64,000 nt of DNA from Epithemia pelagica (lineage: Eukaryota > Protista > Bacillariophyta), in NCBI GenBank assembly GCA_946965045.2, contig OX337228.1, positions 4,216,001 through 4,280,000 of the forward strand, in the 5' to 3' direction. The notes beneath the pieces were generated by a model. The model was not told the DNA's origin, did not search any database, and was given only the letters and a program-made list of their open reading frames with translations. The stretch's first letter is position 1, and each line of letters starts with the position of its first letter. The translations under genes were made by a program, and so were the position numbers. Positions 9,358-19,889 of this stretch are shown here, in pieces.

Positions 9358-10293
9358 TTAAAGAGCTGGAGCTCCAACAACCTCGGATAGTTTTTCTTCA
9401 TGCTGTTGAACGAGAGCATCCAATGTGGGTTGTACACGGCTGCGATCTTCTGTCGATAATCGGTCAATGTACACGGTTCCATCCAAATGATCGTACTCAT
9501 GTTGGAAAATTCTTGCTTCCCAGCCTACATATTTCTTTTTGATCTTTTTGCCCTTGAGATTGAGGGCCTCGACCTTGATCCATTTCGATCGTTGCACTTT
9601 TCCATCCATATCGGGGAAACTAAGGCAGCCTTCTGTTTCAACGTTGGTAGCTCCACTAAATTCCACAATACGAGGATTGACCAAGACTACTTCGTCCAGC
9701 CATTTTTTGGAATCTCCAGATTCATTGTACACCATAAGGCGTTTGTTCACACCAACCTGCGGTGCGGCCAATCCAACACCCTCAGCAGCGTACATTAGCA
9801 ACAACATTTCTTTCGCCAATTTGGAAATTGATCCTTCCTTCAGCTCATCCATTGTAATTTCATCATTCGGTCGACGCAAGGCTGGGTGAGGATATTTGAC
9901 AATCATCAGATCTGTACCGTCTATTTTTCCTGGATCGACTTCTTCTTTCAGACCGTTTTGCCTCGTAGAAGACTCGACGTCTTCTTGAGATGATTTGTCC
10001 CAAAGAACAAGTCGACTTTGAAAGGAAGTCGAGGAGGAAGGAGGTGATTTAGTTTTGAAAGACGACGATAGATATCTGCGTGAAGTAGTCTCCGTTGATT
10101 TCATTGACTGCCACTGGCAAGAGGGAGCATTGGCTGTTGAGCGCTGAATTCCTTTCGCTGCTCTAGCTACTCGCTGTTGAAAAGCCATGACGCCTCGCAC
10201 GCCGTGTTTCGCTGTTCCTGATAATGTCATGAAGAGTACTATCGGCAACCAGGAACGACGGAAACTGCGGTGATCAATGACCTGGAGTCTCAT
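9358..10293 (-). CDS. def: Peptide deformylase, probably plastid-targeted
   Basis: All three PDF motifs are present: GVGLAAPQVG, EGCLSFP and QHEYDH. First in-frame ATG is at 10293 (the track start is a TTG). Signal-like segment followed by MA-FQQ and an S/T/R-rich transit-like region. Confidence 0.95.
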   Translation of the reverse strand: MRLQVIDHRSFRRSWLPIVLFMTLSGTAKHGVRGVMAFQQRVARAAKGIQRSTANAPSCQWQSMKSTETTSRRYLSSSFKTKSPPSSSTSFQSRLVLWDKSSQEDVESSTRQNGLKEEVDPGKIDGTDLMIVKYPHPALRRPNDEITMDELKEGSISKLAKEMLLLMYAAEGVGLAAPQVGVNKRLMVYNESGDSKKWLDEVVLVNPRIVEFSGATNVETEGCLSFPDMDGKVQRSKWIKVEALNLKGKKIKKKYVGWEARIFQHEYDHLDGTVYIDRLSTEDRSRVQPTLDALVQQHEEKLSEVVGAPAL

Positions 10294-10462
10294 GGTCAAT
10301 CTGAATTTGCCGGTACACGAACTTGAACTTCGACCATCTGTTGATGTTGATTGTGGCCGCAATTCCAGTTGTCGCGCTACGGTCGCGAATTGATCCCTGG
10401 GAACATTTTCTCTCTCTTGTGTTCACTCGAAAACCGCTAAAGATCCAATGGCAATGGCATGA

Positions 10463-12838
10463 ATGAAGATGCAATGGCAACGGCGGTGGCATCATCCTCT
10501 CCAGCATGAATTCCGGCGCATGCTTCATGACACAGCAGCTTCAACGAAAAAGAGGTATTTGACGAAATCTTTGTTTCTTCAAGCCTGTGAATGTCCACGA
10601 AAACTCAAGTATGCACTTCATCCCGAAAAATATGGCAAACGATCTCCCGAGGGATCATTCTCAGCACAGCACTTGAAACGAAATGGCATGGAGGTTGGTC
10701 TCTACAGTCGTCTTTTATTTCCGCATGGGAAGCTGATAGGTGGTGATCAAACATCGTTGGAAGATATGGCCAAAGAGACAACGTCACTACTAATGCAAGA
10801 GTCATCCTCACAAGATGGGAAAGAGGTAGTGCTTTTTGAAGGCGTCGTGAAATCAGGGCCGCTTCTTATTCGCGCTGATATTTTGAGAAAGGTACCGATT
10901 CGCCGCAATGACAACACTACCGGGTATGAGTTGCATGTGTTGGAAGTCAAGGCAAAGTCTTGGGACTCGTCAGCCTCCGTACCAATAGGAGAACATCAAC
11001 AAGACGTTGACGAAATCATATTGGGGAAAAACAAAAAGTCAATTCGTTCAACGTATGTTCCTTATATTCGAGACGTCGCTTTTCAAAAGTATGTCCTTGA
11101 ACAAGCATTTGGTGCGGCCTCGCAACCAAACTGTTTCGATCAAATCAAGGCATGGCTTGTCTTACCCGATAAGGCTCGAATCAATACGCAAATTCCCAAT
11201 TTGAAGGCACGCCTCTTTCAAACGAGCGTTTCCTCCTGTGGAGAAGGATCACTGTCGTTGGAGATGGATCGAGTGACAAGTCAGTTGATCGTCGACAAGG
11301 GCGAGATGTTGGTGCACCAGGTGGACGTTGATGGCATTGTCGATCGGGTGTTGCGAAATGAGGAAGAATTCACTTTCCCTCGAGCGATTGAGAATCCAAA
11401 AGAGGAATCTAGTACATTCGAAAGTGCAGTTTATCGATGGGCTCGTTTCGTACAGGAATCCACCAACGAGGCTGAAGGTGAAATTGGCCAGGTGCCTCAT
11501 ATCCCTCCACCCATCGGCACACAATGTCGGTCATGTGTGTACAGATTTGATCCTTGCTCAACAAAAGACGGAACAAATATAAACGGCAACGGAAACAAAG
11601 ACACTTTGATATCAGGGTTTCACGAGTGTTGGGATGAAGTGATTGGACCTGCCGTCGGTTGTCTCGATAAGAACATGGATGCACCAATCGGGAACTCATC
11701 AAATCAACGACCTGTGGTGGATTTATGGACTGCAACCACCAAACAGGTCAAAGGCTTCATTGAAAAGCAGCAGTGCTTTATAGAAAATCTCGATGCGATC
11801 GATTTGGGTGTGAACGACGCCAATGGCCACGACTTTGTCGCGAAAAAAGAGAAGCAGGGTATGACTCGGTCGCAACGCCAGTGGTACCAAGTTCAGGAGA
11901 CAAACAAGGACAAAAACTGCAGCAGCCGACATACGCTTGTAGGAGGAGGACAAGCTGTTATAGACAAGGACGATATGCAAGCCTCCATGGAACGATGGGA
12001 GTATCCATGGCATTTTGTGGACTTTGAAACCATTGCTCCAGCTCTACCCTACTCACCTGGTAGACGGCCCTACGATCTCCTGGCGTTTCAGTTTTCACAT
12101 CACGTCGTACGACAGCCGAACAGTTCCGCAGAACACGTGAACGAGTTTTTGTGTGTTTCTCAACAGGATCCAAATCAATTCTTTTTGGAAGCCTTGGCAC
12201 GAGCTCTCGAGGACGAGAAGGGCACGATCTTCCGTTGGGGTGCCCATGAAAACACGGTATTGTCCTCGCTCTTGGGTGACAGCCCGGGACTACCGGCGAC
12301 TTCTCGCACATTCCTGGAGTCCCTCCTATCAGGTGGGTCGCGCGCCATGGTGGATTTATATTCACTTGCCGTGAAAAGCTTCTATGTTGATGGTAGCGGC
12401 GGAAGCTCATCGCTCAAACAGATCTTACTACCCACCATTCGTGCCTCGGCCAAATTGCAACGATTATACAGTCAACCAACTTATACATCACGAAATTATA
12501 AAAATATGCAATGGGTCCAACGAATACCATCAGACGGCGACGACAGGGAAGAAGATCTGCCTATGATTGCGAACCCGTATGACCTCGTCAACAATGACCA
12601 TTCTTCTATACATACAAAGGTGACCGACGGTGGTGATGCTATGCTAGCCTACGAGCGATTGCAACAGCTGAGTCTTAACAGCATGCGGGATTGCGTCGAT
12701 CATAAAAGGACTGCCCTGCTTCAATCTGAACTCACGGCTTCATTATTGCGATATTGCGAGCTTGATACATTGGCAATGGTCATGATGGTACAAGGCTGGG
12801 AAGGCTTTTTGCACAACGATGAGTGTCCAGAATTGTAG
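10463..12838 (+). CDS. Bacterial-type putative dual nuclease: Cas4/RecB-like PD-(D/E)xK domain plus DUF2779 (RNase H-like/DEDD) domain
   Basis: Intronless 791 aa. N-half has YLTKSLF..CECPRK, RADIL...LEVKAK (D...ExK), DVAFQKYV (QxxY-like) and CRSC...C. C-half has YPWHFVDFET...PYDLLAFQFSHH, MVDL and YCELDT, matching the DUF2779 pattern from memory. Confidence 0.8.
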   Translation: MKMQWQRRWHHPLQHEFRRMLHDTAASTKKRYLTKSLFLQACECPRKLKYALHPEKYGKRSPEGSFSAQHLKRNGMEVGLYSRLLFPHGKLIGGDQTSLEDMAKETTSLLMQESSSQDGKEVVLFEGVVKSGPLLIRADILRKVPIRRNDNTTGYELHVLEVKAKSWDSSASVPIGEHQQDVDEIILGKNKKSIRSTYVPYIRDVAFQKYVLEQAFGAASQPNCFDQIKAWLVLPDKARINTQIPNLKARLFQTSVSSCGEGSLSLEMDRVTSQLIVDKGEMLVHQVDVDGIVDRVLRNEEEFTFPRAIENPKEESSTFESAVYRWARFVQESTNEAEGEIGQVPHIPPPIGTQCRSCVYRFDPCSTKDGTNINGNGNKDTLISGFHECWDEVIGPAVGCLDKNMDAPIGNSSNQRPVVDLWTATTKQVKGFIEKQQCFIENLDAIDLGVNDANGHDFVAKKEKQGMTRSQRQWYQVQETNKDKNCSSRHTLVGGGQAVIDKDDMQASMERWEYPWHFVDFETIAPALPYSPGRRPYDLLAFQFSHHVVRQPNSSAEHVNEFLCVSQQDPNQFFLEALARALEDEKGTIFRWGAHENTVLSSLLGDSPGLPATSRTFLESLLSGGSRAMVDLYSLAVKSFYVDGSGGSSSLKQILLPTIRASAKLQRLYSQPTYTSRNYKNMQWVQRIPSDGDDREEDLPMIANPYDLVNNDHSSIHTKVTDGGDAMLAYERLQQLSLNSMRDCVDHKRTALLQSELTASLLRYCELDTLAMVMMVQGWEGFLHNDECPEL

Positions 12839-13314
12839 GAGTAGAAGCAATCGCGCAGTATTTCTTTTTCATTGTTGCTAGTCCCTACCTGTAGAGGGTA
12901 CGATAGGTTAGGGGTTAGGGTCTCGTATTCGTCTCTTCAGTGCGTGATCCCAAAGCTGCGTTCTACTTGTATGTTCTATGTTCTACTCCTATGCGCTATG
13001 CATCTTTCCGGGGCAAGATGCACGATGGGCAAGATACCTTTATACACTTCAGAGCAGTGTCGCCATTTTCGAGTGATATCCGGTACATGCTGGTTGCTGG
13101 TTCACCTCGCGAAACACACTTCAACCTTTAACCTTATGTAGTGTAGTGACTAGAGGTACATTATTTAATTCTATGTTCTGTGCGCTGTGCGTACTTTTTG
13201 TGACGGCATCTTGAGCGTGAAAAATGCTCCTCCCGAAAACGAAAATGGAAAATGGAGAAATCCGCTCGTCCTCTCACAAAAACACATCCAACGAACACAA
13301 ACAATACATTCAAC

Positions 13315-14034
13315 ATGATCGCAGCGCCTTCAGAACTCAGCCGAGCAATCACAAGTGGAAATTGGTCCATGGCATCTAAACTGGCCAAACGCTTTCCAGA
13401 ACAAGCCCGAAAGAAGTCCAATCGCGAAGGGTTGTTCGATGGACGCACACATGCCAAATTATATCCGATTCACGAAGCTCTCGTGGCAAATGCACCTCTG
13501 CATTGTGTCAAGGCCCTGGTGGAAGCTTATCCAGCCGGTCTCACAAAAGCCGAGTCGTCTTATCATCGGTTGCCTTTGCACTGTGCCTGTCGCAAGAATG
13601 CCGATCCTGCCGTTATTGGGTATCTGGTGAGGAAGAACAAGCAAGCTTGTCTTGAGGAAGATTCACTTCGGCGTCTTCCTGTGCATTATGCATTGACGAA
13701 TGGCGCCAACCCTGAAGTGGTGTCAATCTTAATCGAAGCTGATCCTGGTTCAGTGCGTGGGTGCGACTACTCAGGCTGGACGCCAGTACATGTTGCCATC
13801 AACGTGTGTGCGCCTCCCACCACGGTTGCAACCATGCTCAAGGCCTTTCCAGAATCAGTCATGCTCAAAACAAACAAGCACAATAGCTTGCGAAGTGTGA
13901 TACCGAAAACCAGTCCGTATCGCAAGGAACACAGACACTTAATCGATGAGACACAAAAGGTTGTCCAACTGGATTTACACTTGCCTCCATTGCGTCATAA
14001 TTCCATGCGGGCAAGTCGATTGCTCATGGTTTAG
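13315..14034 (+). CDS. Ankyrin-repeat protein
   Basis: Repeated LPLH/LPVH/TPVH ankyrin-like motifs (YPIHEAL, LPLHCAC, LPVHYAL, TPVHVAI). Probable ATG at 13315. Confidence 0.85.
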   Translation: MIAAPSELSRAITSGNWSMASKLAKRFPEQARKKSNREGLFDGRTHAKLYPIHEALVANAPLHCVKALVEAYPAGLTKAESSYHRLPLHCACRKNADPAVIGYLVRKNKQACLEEDSLRRLPVHYALTNGANPEVVSILIEADPGSVRGCDYSGWTPVHVAINVCAPPTTVATMLKAFPESVMLKTNKHNSLRSVIPKTSPYRKEHRHLIDETQKVVQLDLHLPPLRHNSMRASRLLMV

Positions 14035-14308
14035 AAAAAGATAATGACATATTTCCCTGTAATGCTGCTACGTAACAACATTTTTGAAAAGATCGACTTT
14101 TCGTCGTCAATCGCACGGAACTACCGGTAGAGGTTGGAGTTGGAGGGAGTTTCTACTCGCGACTCCTGGTAGCTATGCGATACAAGCTCTCCTACTCCTA
14201 AGTAGCTAGTGTAGCTACTCCTCTAGCTCGAGGAGTATCGAATTCGCCGGCGGGCGTATCTTTTCGAAGATCTTTTTCGAAGATCTTTTTCGACCTGCAT
14301 CACATACA

Positions 14309-15247
14309 ATGGAACTCTCTTGGTCGGTTCTAGCTTTCCTCGTTCTAGCGATTGATCCATCGCCATGTCCTTCGATTGCTGAAGCCCGCAAAGTAGATGG
14401 AAGGGAGCTCGCCGTGGGATGTTGGAATGTGACTCTTCGTTCGTCGGTTCACCAGTACGGTGTTGTGAGCTCGACGAGGTTTCCACTACATTTCTTTTTT
14501 CCACCAAAGGAGCAAGCTGTCTTTGTCAATGATGTGAGCTCTATTCCAGCACAACGCGAGGCCATGGGACGTCGCTACAATCCGCTTTTCAGAGCTATTT
14601 CGCGTATTTCCGAACTTCTGCCCCTACGACGAAGTCGTCATCGCATCATGGACTGCAATCTGTTTGTGTTTCATAATGGAACGTTTCTCCTGGAGCCTGA
14701 TTTGCATTCACAGACACCAAAACCATCATTTTTCCGAGGGATCGGGTTTTCTAGGGGTCAGGAAGTCTTCGGTCCAACTTCCACGATACATCAGAAGAAG
14801 GATGATGAACTTTTGGTAATGCACGGTCGCTGGAAGATATTTCGCAATCCATATTGCTCCACGGATCGATTTCACGATATTCTTCAGTTTCGATCTTATC
14901 CTCGATCCGCTGAAAAGAAATCATGTTTGGAAACTCGTCGTCATGATGATGTGTGGGTACCCCAACAATCGTTTATTTGGCAATCGCACTTATTGGGACA
15001 TTACACACAACGCAACAACAGAGTCAATGGGCGACCTGCCCGCATGATCAAAGGAGTTTGTCTCCTCAACCTAGAAAACCAAAACAATGAAGCAGTTTCA
15101 AATGCAAGGGTAGCCAAATCCGCTCTTTCCAGGCAACGTCGCTCCATACCATCTCGGCGTCGAGTTGTTGCTCAGTTCACTGCCAGGAAATGGACACCCT
15201 ATGTTGACACTACAACGACAAAAAAGAATGAAAATAACTCTCCTTGA
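14309..15247 (+). CDS. Hypothetical protein with N-terminal signal peptide
   Basis: 312-aa ORF starting MELSWSVLAFLVLAID; no recognisable domain. Confidence 0.65.
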   Translation: MELSWSVLAFLVLAIDPSPCPSIAEARKVDGRELAVGCWNVTLRSSVHQYGVVSSTRFPLHFFFPPKEQAVFVNDVSSIPAQREAMGRRYNPLFRAISRISELLPLRRSRHRIMDCNLFVFHNGTFLLEPDLHSQTPKPSFFRGIGFSRGQEVFGPTSTIHQKKDDELLVMHGRWKIFRNPYCSTDRFHDILQFRSYPRSAEKKSCLETRRHDDVWVPQQSFIWQSHLLGHYTQRNNRVNGRPARMIKGVCLLNLENQNNEAVSNARVAKSALSRQRRSIPSRRRVVAQFTARKWTPYVDTTTTKKNENNSP

Positions 15248-15491
15248 TTTCTTACAAGGAAAATACCTTGATTGTGACAGAGCGCTTATCCATAATGTAT
15301 GTCGGCAAGTATAACTATATAGAAAATGTACAAAAGCCATGTTCGTCTCCAATTCCGTGCAAAAGTGTGTGGCCTGTATGCGCACGGTACCATTTTGTAT
15401 TGATTGGACGCGGGGCTCTTGGATGCTTAAATGAGGCGCACTTTCTACCAGAGGCAGTTTTGACTTCAACTATCCAGTCTCCGGTGCCCTG

Positions 15492-16883
15492 TTAGCTACC
15501 AAGTTTGAACAGAATTACAGACGATGCAACCAGGAGCATTCCCATGACAGATGTGATTGTGATGATTGATCCAGTAGGATTAAACTTGAAAGCCATGGGA
15601 AGCAATTCATCAATGGAAATAAAAATCATCATTCCTGACACAAACCCAAAGAGAATGCCATAAGTATTTCCTGAAAAGGATGTCTTTAGAACCAGGTACC
15701 CAACAAGGGCTCCCAAGGGCTCTGAGAAACCAGAAAACGAACCCCAAAAGAATGCTTTCCATCGACTTCCTGTCGCATAGTATATTGGCATCGATACACA
15801 TAAACCCTCGGGCAGGTTGTGCATCGCAACTCCAATTGCCATAGCCACACCAACAGCTGGATCTTCCAAATAGGCGACAAACGTTACCAAACCCTCTGGA
15901 AAGTTATGCATGGCAATGGCTACGGCAGTCGCAGTGCCCATGGTAAACAGAGATTTTCGCTCTTCAGGAGTCGTACCGACAGTCGTCACAGATCTGTTCA
16001 TCTCAGGTTGACAGTGGTCACCATTTTGTCCACTGAAATTGCTTCGCACGTATCCATGTTCGACCACTTCAAAGATTTGATGTATTTGAGGAATGGAAAG
16101 GTTACTGACATTGCTGTTGTTGGATTGATCAAGAGGAAGCGGAGAGTATTCCACTGCGATTTTTTGTTCTGGTTTGGGAATAATTGACTGACTGTGATCA
16201 CGGATTTTGGGATGAAAGGTGCGTTTTGCTTGTTCCCGTTGTTGTAGTTCAGTTTGGTGCTGATTCTGTTGCTCGGGTGTTGCACCGTTCTGCTGTCGAT
16301 CATCACGTTGTTCCTGGTCTTTCTTCTGTTCTGCTGAGGAATTGGCTGAAGGTGAAGCTTCAGCATCAGCAAGCTCATGTTCATTCCTTGCGACCATTTC
16401 TTCCATGGCCAATTCTGCGAAGTCAGCGTCGCCAGCAACATGTTGAATCGTCACTTCGATTATCTGTCGAACAAAGCAACCGAAAGTAAAGTCAAGTTGT
16501 GAGATAAAAGTCATGTTTCCATTTATTCGTCAGGAGTGCAAGAAGCGAAGCCCCATTGTCTACGTATGCCATACCTTCATAGCAACGATGCCTCCAAAGA
16601 ACGACAACGTGGTATATAAAAACGCCTCATCTTCATCATGGCCTTGATCCAGAAATCCAACAATGGATTTATTATAGATATCCACAAAACTGATATATAC
16701 CATGACACCCGTGGCAAACCCCAATGATGAAGCCAAGACATGTGCAGTAGCGAACTTGGCCAATCTGGGATAGAAAACGGCCAAACTGCCTATTGCCGTG
16801 GCTCCGGCCGAAGCGAAAACAAGCCCAAATGCTTGACCTGTTCTACCAGTGTGGTCATCAATTCCCAAGGTTACGATTCCCAT
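15492..16883 (-). CDS. ZIP-family (ZupT/GufA-like) metal transporter, 2 exons
   Basis: ZIP signatures AIAMHNFPEGL and GVAMHNLPEGLCVSMP, plus GLSEP-like SEPLGA and GMMIFIS.DELLP. Phase-0 GT-AG intron at 16574-16464 joins ...VAMK to IIEVT. The start at 16883 is my choice among in-frame ATGs. Confidence 0.92.
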
Positions 16884-17277
16884 TTCTGAATGCGAGCACC
16901 GATAGTTTTGGAAGAACGTGATAGGGTCAGAATTGTTCCTGGTTAAAACAATCGCACACTCAGTGATGGACAGAAACGAGTTGTCGTCTTTTCGAGTATT
17001 TATCTTCAAGAGGACTTCTTAATGGCAAGACTTGAAATTGTTTTCTCTTATTCGAGGCCGGCTTCGATCAGCCATCGTGAAATGCAAAACCAATCGAAAG
17101 GTTGTGATATTCTCGAGAAAACATTCGCCGAAGATGTCTCTCGGTCTGCCTGTTGTTGTCTGACAGGAGGATGGTGTATGGTCCTTGTTCTCCTTTATTG
17201 GTCCTTCAAGTACCGGAGACATGTGAAGGACACCAGAACCAGAAGTGTCCGAATCTAAGGGGGTAAGGTATCGGGCA

Positions 17278-17342
17278 CGCGGAGCATGGGCGGAGCATAG
17301 ATATGGGGGGAGCAATGCATGCTCCGCGATGCATGCTCCGCG
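17278..17342. promoter_or_regulatory. Cluster of GCGGAGCAT / ATGCTCCGC motifs upstream of the ZIP gene
   Basis: CGCGGAGCAT 17278-87, GCGGAGCAT 17290-98, GGAGCAA 17309-15, and inverted ATGCTCCGCG at 17319-28 and 17333-42. Function is inferred from position only. Confidence 0.45.
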
Positions 17343-18305
17343 CGTCTATATTATCGCTGGCGGATGTATGCGGAGCGCGCTCTCAAAATCCTCGACCGTC
17401 ACGGAAACGCGTTTGGGTCGTCTTAAGCATGGAATCGAAAAGGAAGGAGAAGAGCAACTCACAATTCTCTGGTCGAGCAAAACAGAAAGACTCTAATTTT
17501 CTGTTGTGTAAGAGAATCAGGCCCAATCAGTACTCTTAGTACCGGCCCTACCGTAGCCCTCCTTGTGACCGAAAGAGTGGCTGTCCACCATGGCGGAAAG
17601 CTCTCCGAACGGCATGTCTATCGACGATGCCAGTACTTCTACTCAGAACACGAAGAACCAATTCATCTCTTACGAAGGTGAAGAGAAAGAATTTGTGGTT
17701 AAGTTCCTTTTCCGCCCCTCTCCTAAAGAGAACATTAATGTCGCCAAGTCTCACTACGATACCCTCCATGTGATCATGAAAGTCTTCCCAGAAATTGAGA
17801 TCTTCAATAATTATGGACAGTCGAAGAAGGCCTTTAAACGATTGATGTCTTACAACGATTACCTGCGTAACTTAAAGTTACATTACTCCAAAGGAAACGA
17901 AACGAAGAACCGAATTCCCATCTACGTGGCTATCCACCGCTTTCGCTCTCGCATCACCTTGAGTGAAATTCGACGTCATACCGATGTTTCCGATCAACTT
18001 CTACTCACTAAAGGGCGCATGACCATCCACCCTTGGTCTGAGGACGACCTCAATGTATCAAATCTGGGATTTTTCGTGGGTACTGATGCTTCAAACGTAA
18101 TCAATGAAGAAATGATCAAATCCGTTCAAGACGACATCGTGAAAGCAAACATTCCTTTGGGAAAGGTCCCCGAGTTCAAGTGTAACTTCTCGTCTCCGTT
18201 TACCTACACCGATGGCAACAATCGACTCTCCACCAAAGCTTACGATTTACAATGCCGACAAGCGGACGCCAAAGCAACGATTAGTATCTTGATGAAGACA
18301 TACGC

Positions 18306-19088
18306 TGTTAGAATTCTCACCGTCTATGGTGGTTAGATTCTACATCTCATCGATTCCCCATGTCACATAGCCTCGTGCTATCGCATCATGCCATCTAGCT
18401 TCAAGCTATGTTCCCTAGCTTCGCGCTATATCGACCTATATTTCTTCGCAAATCATGAAAAGTGAGAATAGATTGACGAACTCACTATCAAGACTAAACT
18501 GGGTCGTGCAGTATTACAACGGACGTAAATTTGGCCGTTGCTCGGACATTATACTAACGCCCTAAGCGTACGCGCCCGAAATCATCGAGCGCGCCCAAGC
18601 GACATCCAAGCGCCGTCGGCATCTATCCGACCCAACGGTCTAAGTATCCCAAGCACGACACACGATCACGCGAGACCATATTTCCATTCCCACAATCTCC
18701 AAATTGTCAACAAGCTGCGCGCCATGAAAACAACTATGCCAATCCAAAGCAAGAGCTGTTGACCCTGTATATGTTATCCGTCCACATATACATGTCATAT
18801 ACATCACATGAATCGACTCCAACTATTCCAAACCTGTTGCCGCCAAGAACCTATGACACATGACCCTTGGCAGGACCGAACATTTCACGTAGACCTATCG
18901 TAGTAATCAACACACAATCTAACAATATCACCATTTATCACATCTTCTTTTGTGTCCCGACTATCCTTCTGATAGACTTCGACTTGCTTGCTTCTCTGAC
19001 CCTGAGAAGCTTGTATCGGTTGGTGACCTACCTGATTGTCTGCTCTACCGAGCATCAATGCCTCTGCAATTCCAAGAGAATTGTAACA
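18306..19088 (+). repeat. 5' LTR
   Basis: 783 bp; I found 3 substitutions relative to the 3' LTR by manual comparison. Confidence 0.97.
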
Positions 19089-19165
19089 GATTAACAGTCT
19101 CAAAGCTTATTTCCTTGTGGTTTCATGGATACTAACGAGCTTATCACTCCTGTACGACAGATCTA

Positions 19166-19570
19166 TTGAGCCAACCTGCATCCCGGGCAGCCGGATACCC
19201 TGGTGCAGCAGGAACTGGTGCCGACGCCGAAGGCAGCCAACACATCGGTCGACATCTCCGTCGACAGTTCCAACAGCAACCCATTCGAGACTCCAACCCA
19301 GCCTCACGCCCCGATACCATCTACGTCGTGAACGCGACGACTTGCCCTCTGCCTCCTAACGTTGTACGCCTAGATAACTACGTTGCCTACATCCACGAGG
19401 TCCATACCATCGAGGACCATCGTGCAACTATCTTCCCTTTGCGTACCGAGGTAGAGAACCACTTGGCTGAAGGTGATACCCCTTCTTCTGTTGCTTGTGC
19501 TGCCCCATCTGAGCCTGGAAACGACTCTGATTATTCGGAAGAGAGTGGAGATTCGGAATCCGAAGCTTAA
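19166..19570 (+). CDS. Possible extra ORF between the PBS and gag
   Basis: 134-codon frame with a TTG start and an acidic C-terminus (NDSDYSEESGDSESEA). A 1-nt insertion near 19166 would join it to ATG 19125 (MDTNELITPVRQIY). Confidence 0.4.
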   Translation: MSQPASRAAGYPGAAGTGADAEGSQHIGRHLRRQFQQQPIRDSNPASRPDTIYVVNATTCPLPPNVVRLDNYVAYIHEVHTIEDHRATIFPLRTEVENHLAEGDTPSSVACAAPSEPGNDSDYSEESGDSESEA

Positions 19571-19889
19571 TTACTCATAGATAACTCCCGTCCTCTCAAA
19601 ACCTTTCCAAGACTTAAACTCAACGCACATCCGGGTACCCTTGGTCGCACAACACGCCACACATTCCCGTCAAATCGCGAAAATTCGGCGAAAATTGTTG
19701 AAACTCGGCGAAAATTTGTCGGAATCAACGGAAATTTCCAGGAGTCGCACATCACAACACACATCCGGGTATCACATACGTGGTACATACGTGGCACACG
19801 TGGTACATCCGGGTTCACATCACATCACACATTAAATAAACCACATCACACCGCACATTAAATAAACATCGAATCAACCAAATAACACC

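Noticed and set aside
7359-12838. Bacterial contig or operon (ffh, def, DUF2779)
   Set aside because: The genes have eukaryotic targeting presequences, are not co-oriented, and are contiguous with intron-containing genes and diatom retrotransposons.
12908-12920. TTAGGGGTTAGGG telomere-like sequence
   Set aside because: Only two imperfect units; expected by chance.
14260-14298. TTTTCGAAGATCT repeated about 2.5 times as a heat-shock element
   Set aside because: TTC and GAA are adjacent rather than in nTTCnnGAAn spacing; treated as a short 14-bp tandem duplication.
17461-17589. Hammerhead ribozyme call for the Ambal leader
   Set aside because: CTGGTCGAG does not fit the CUGANGA core and GAAA is not positioned correctly; kept only as an unclassified structured RNA.
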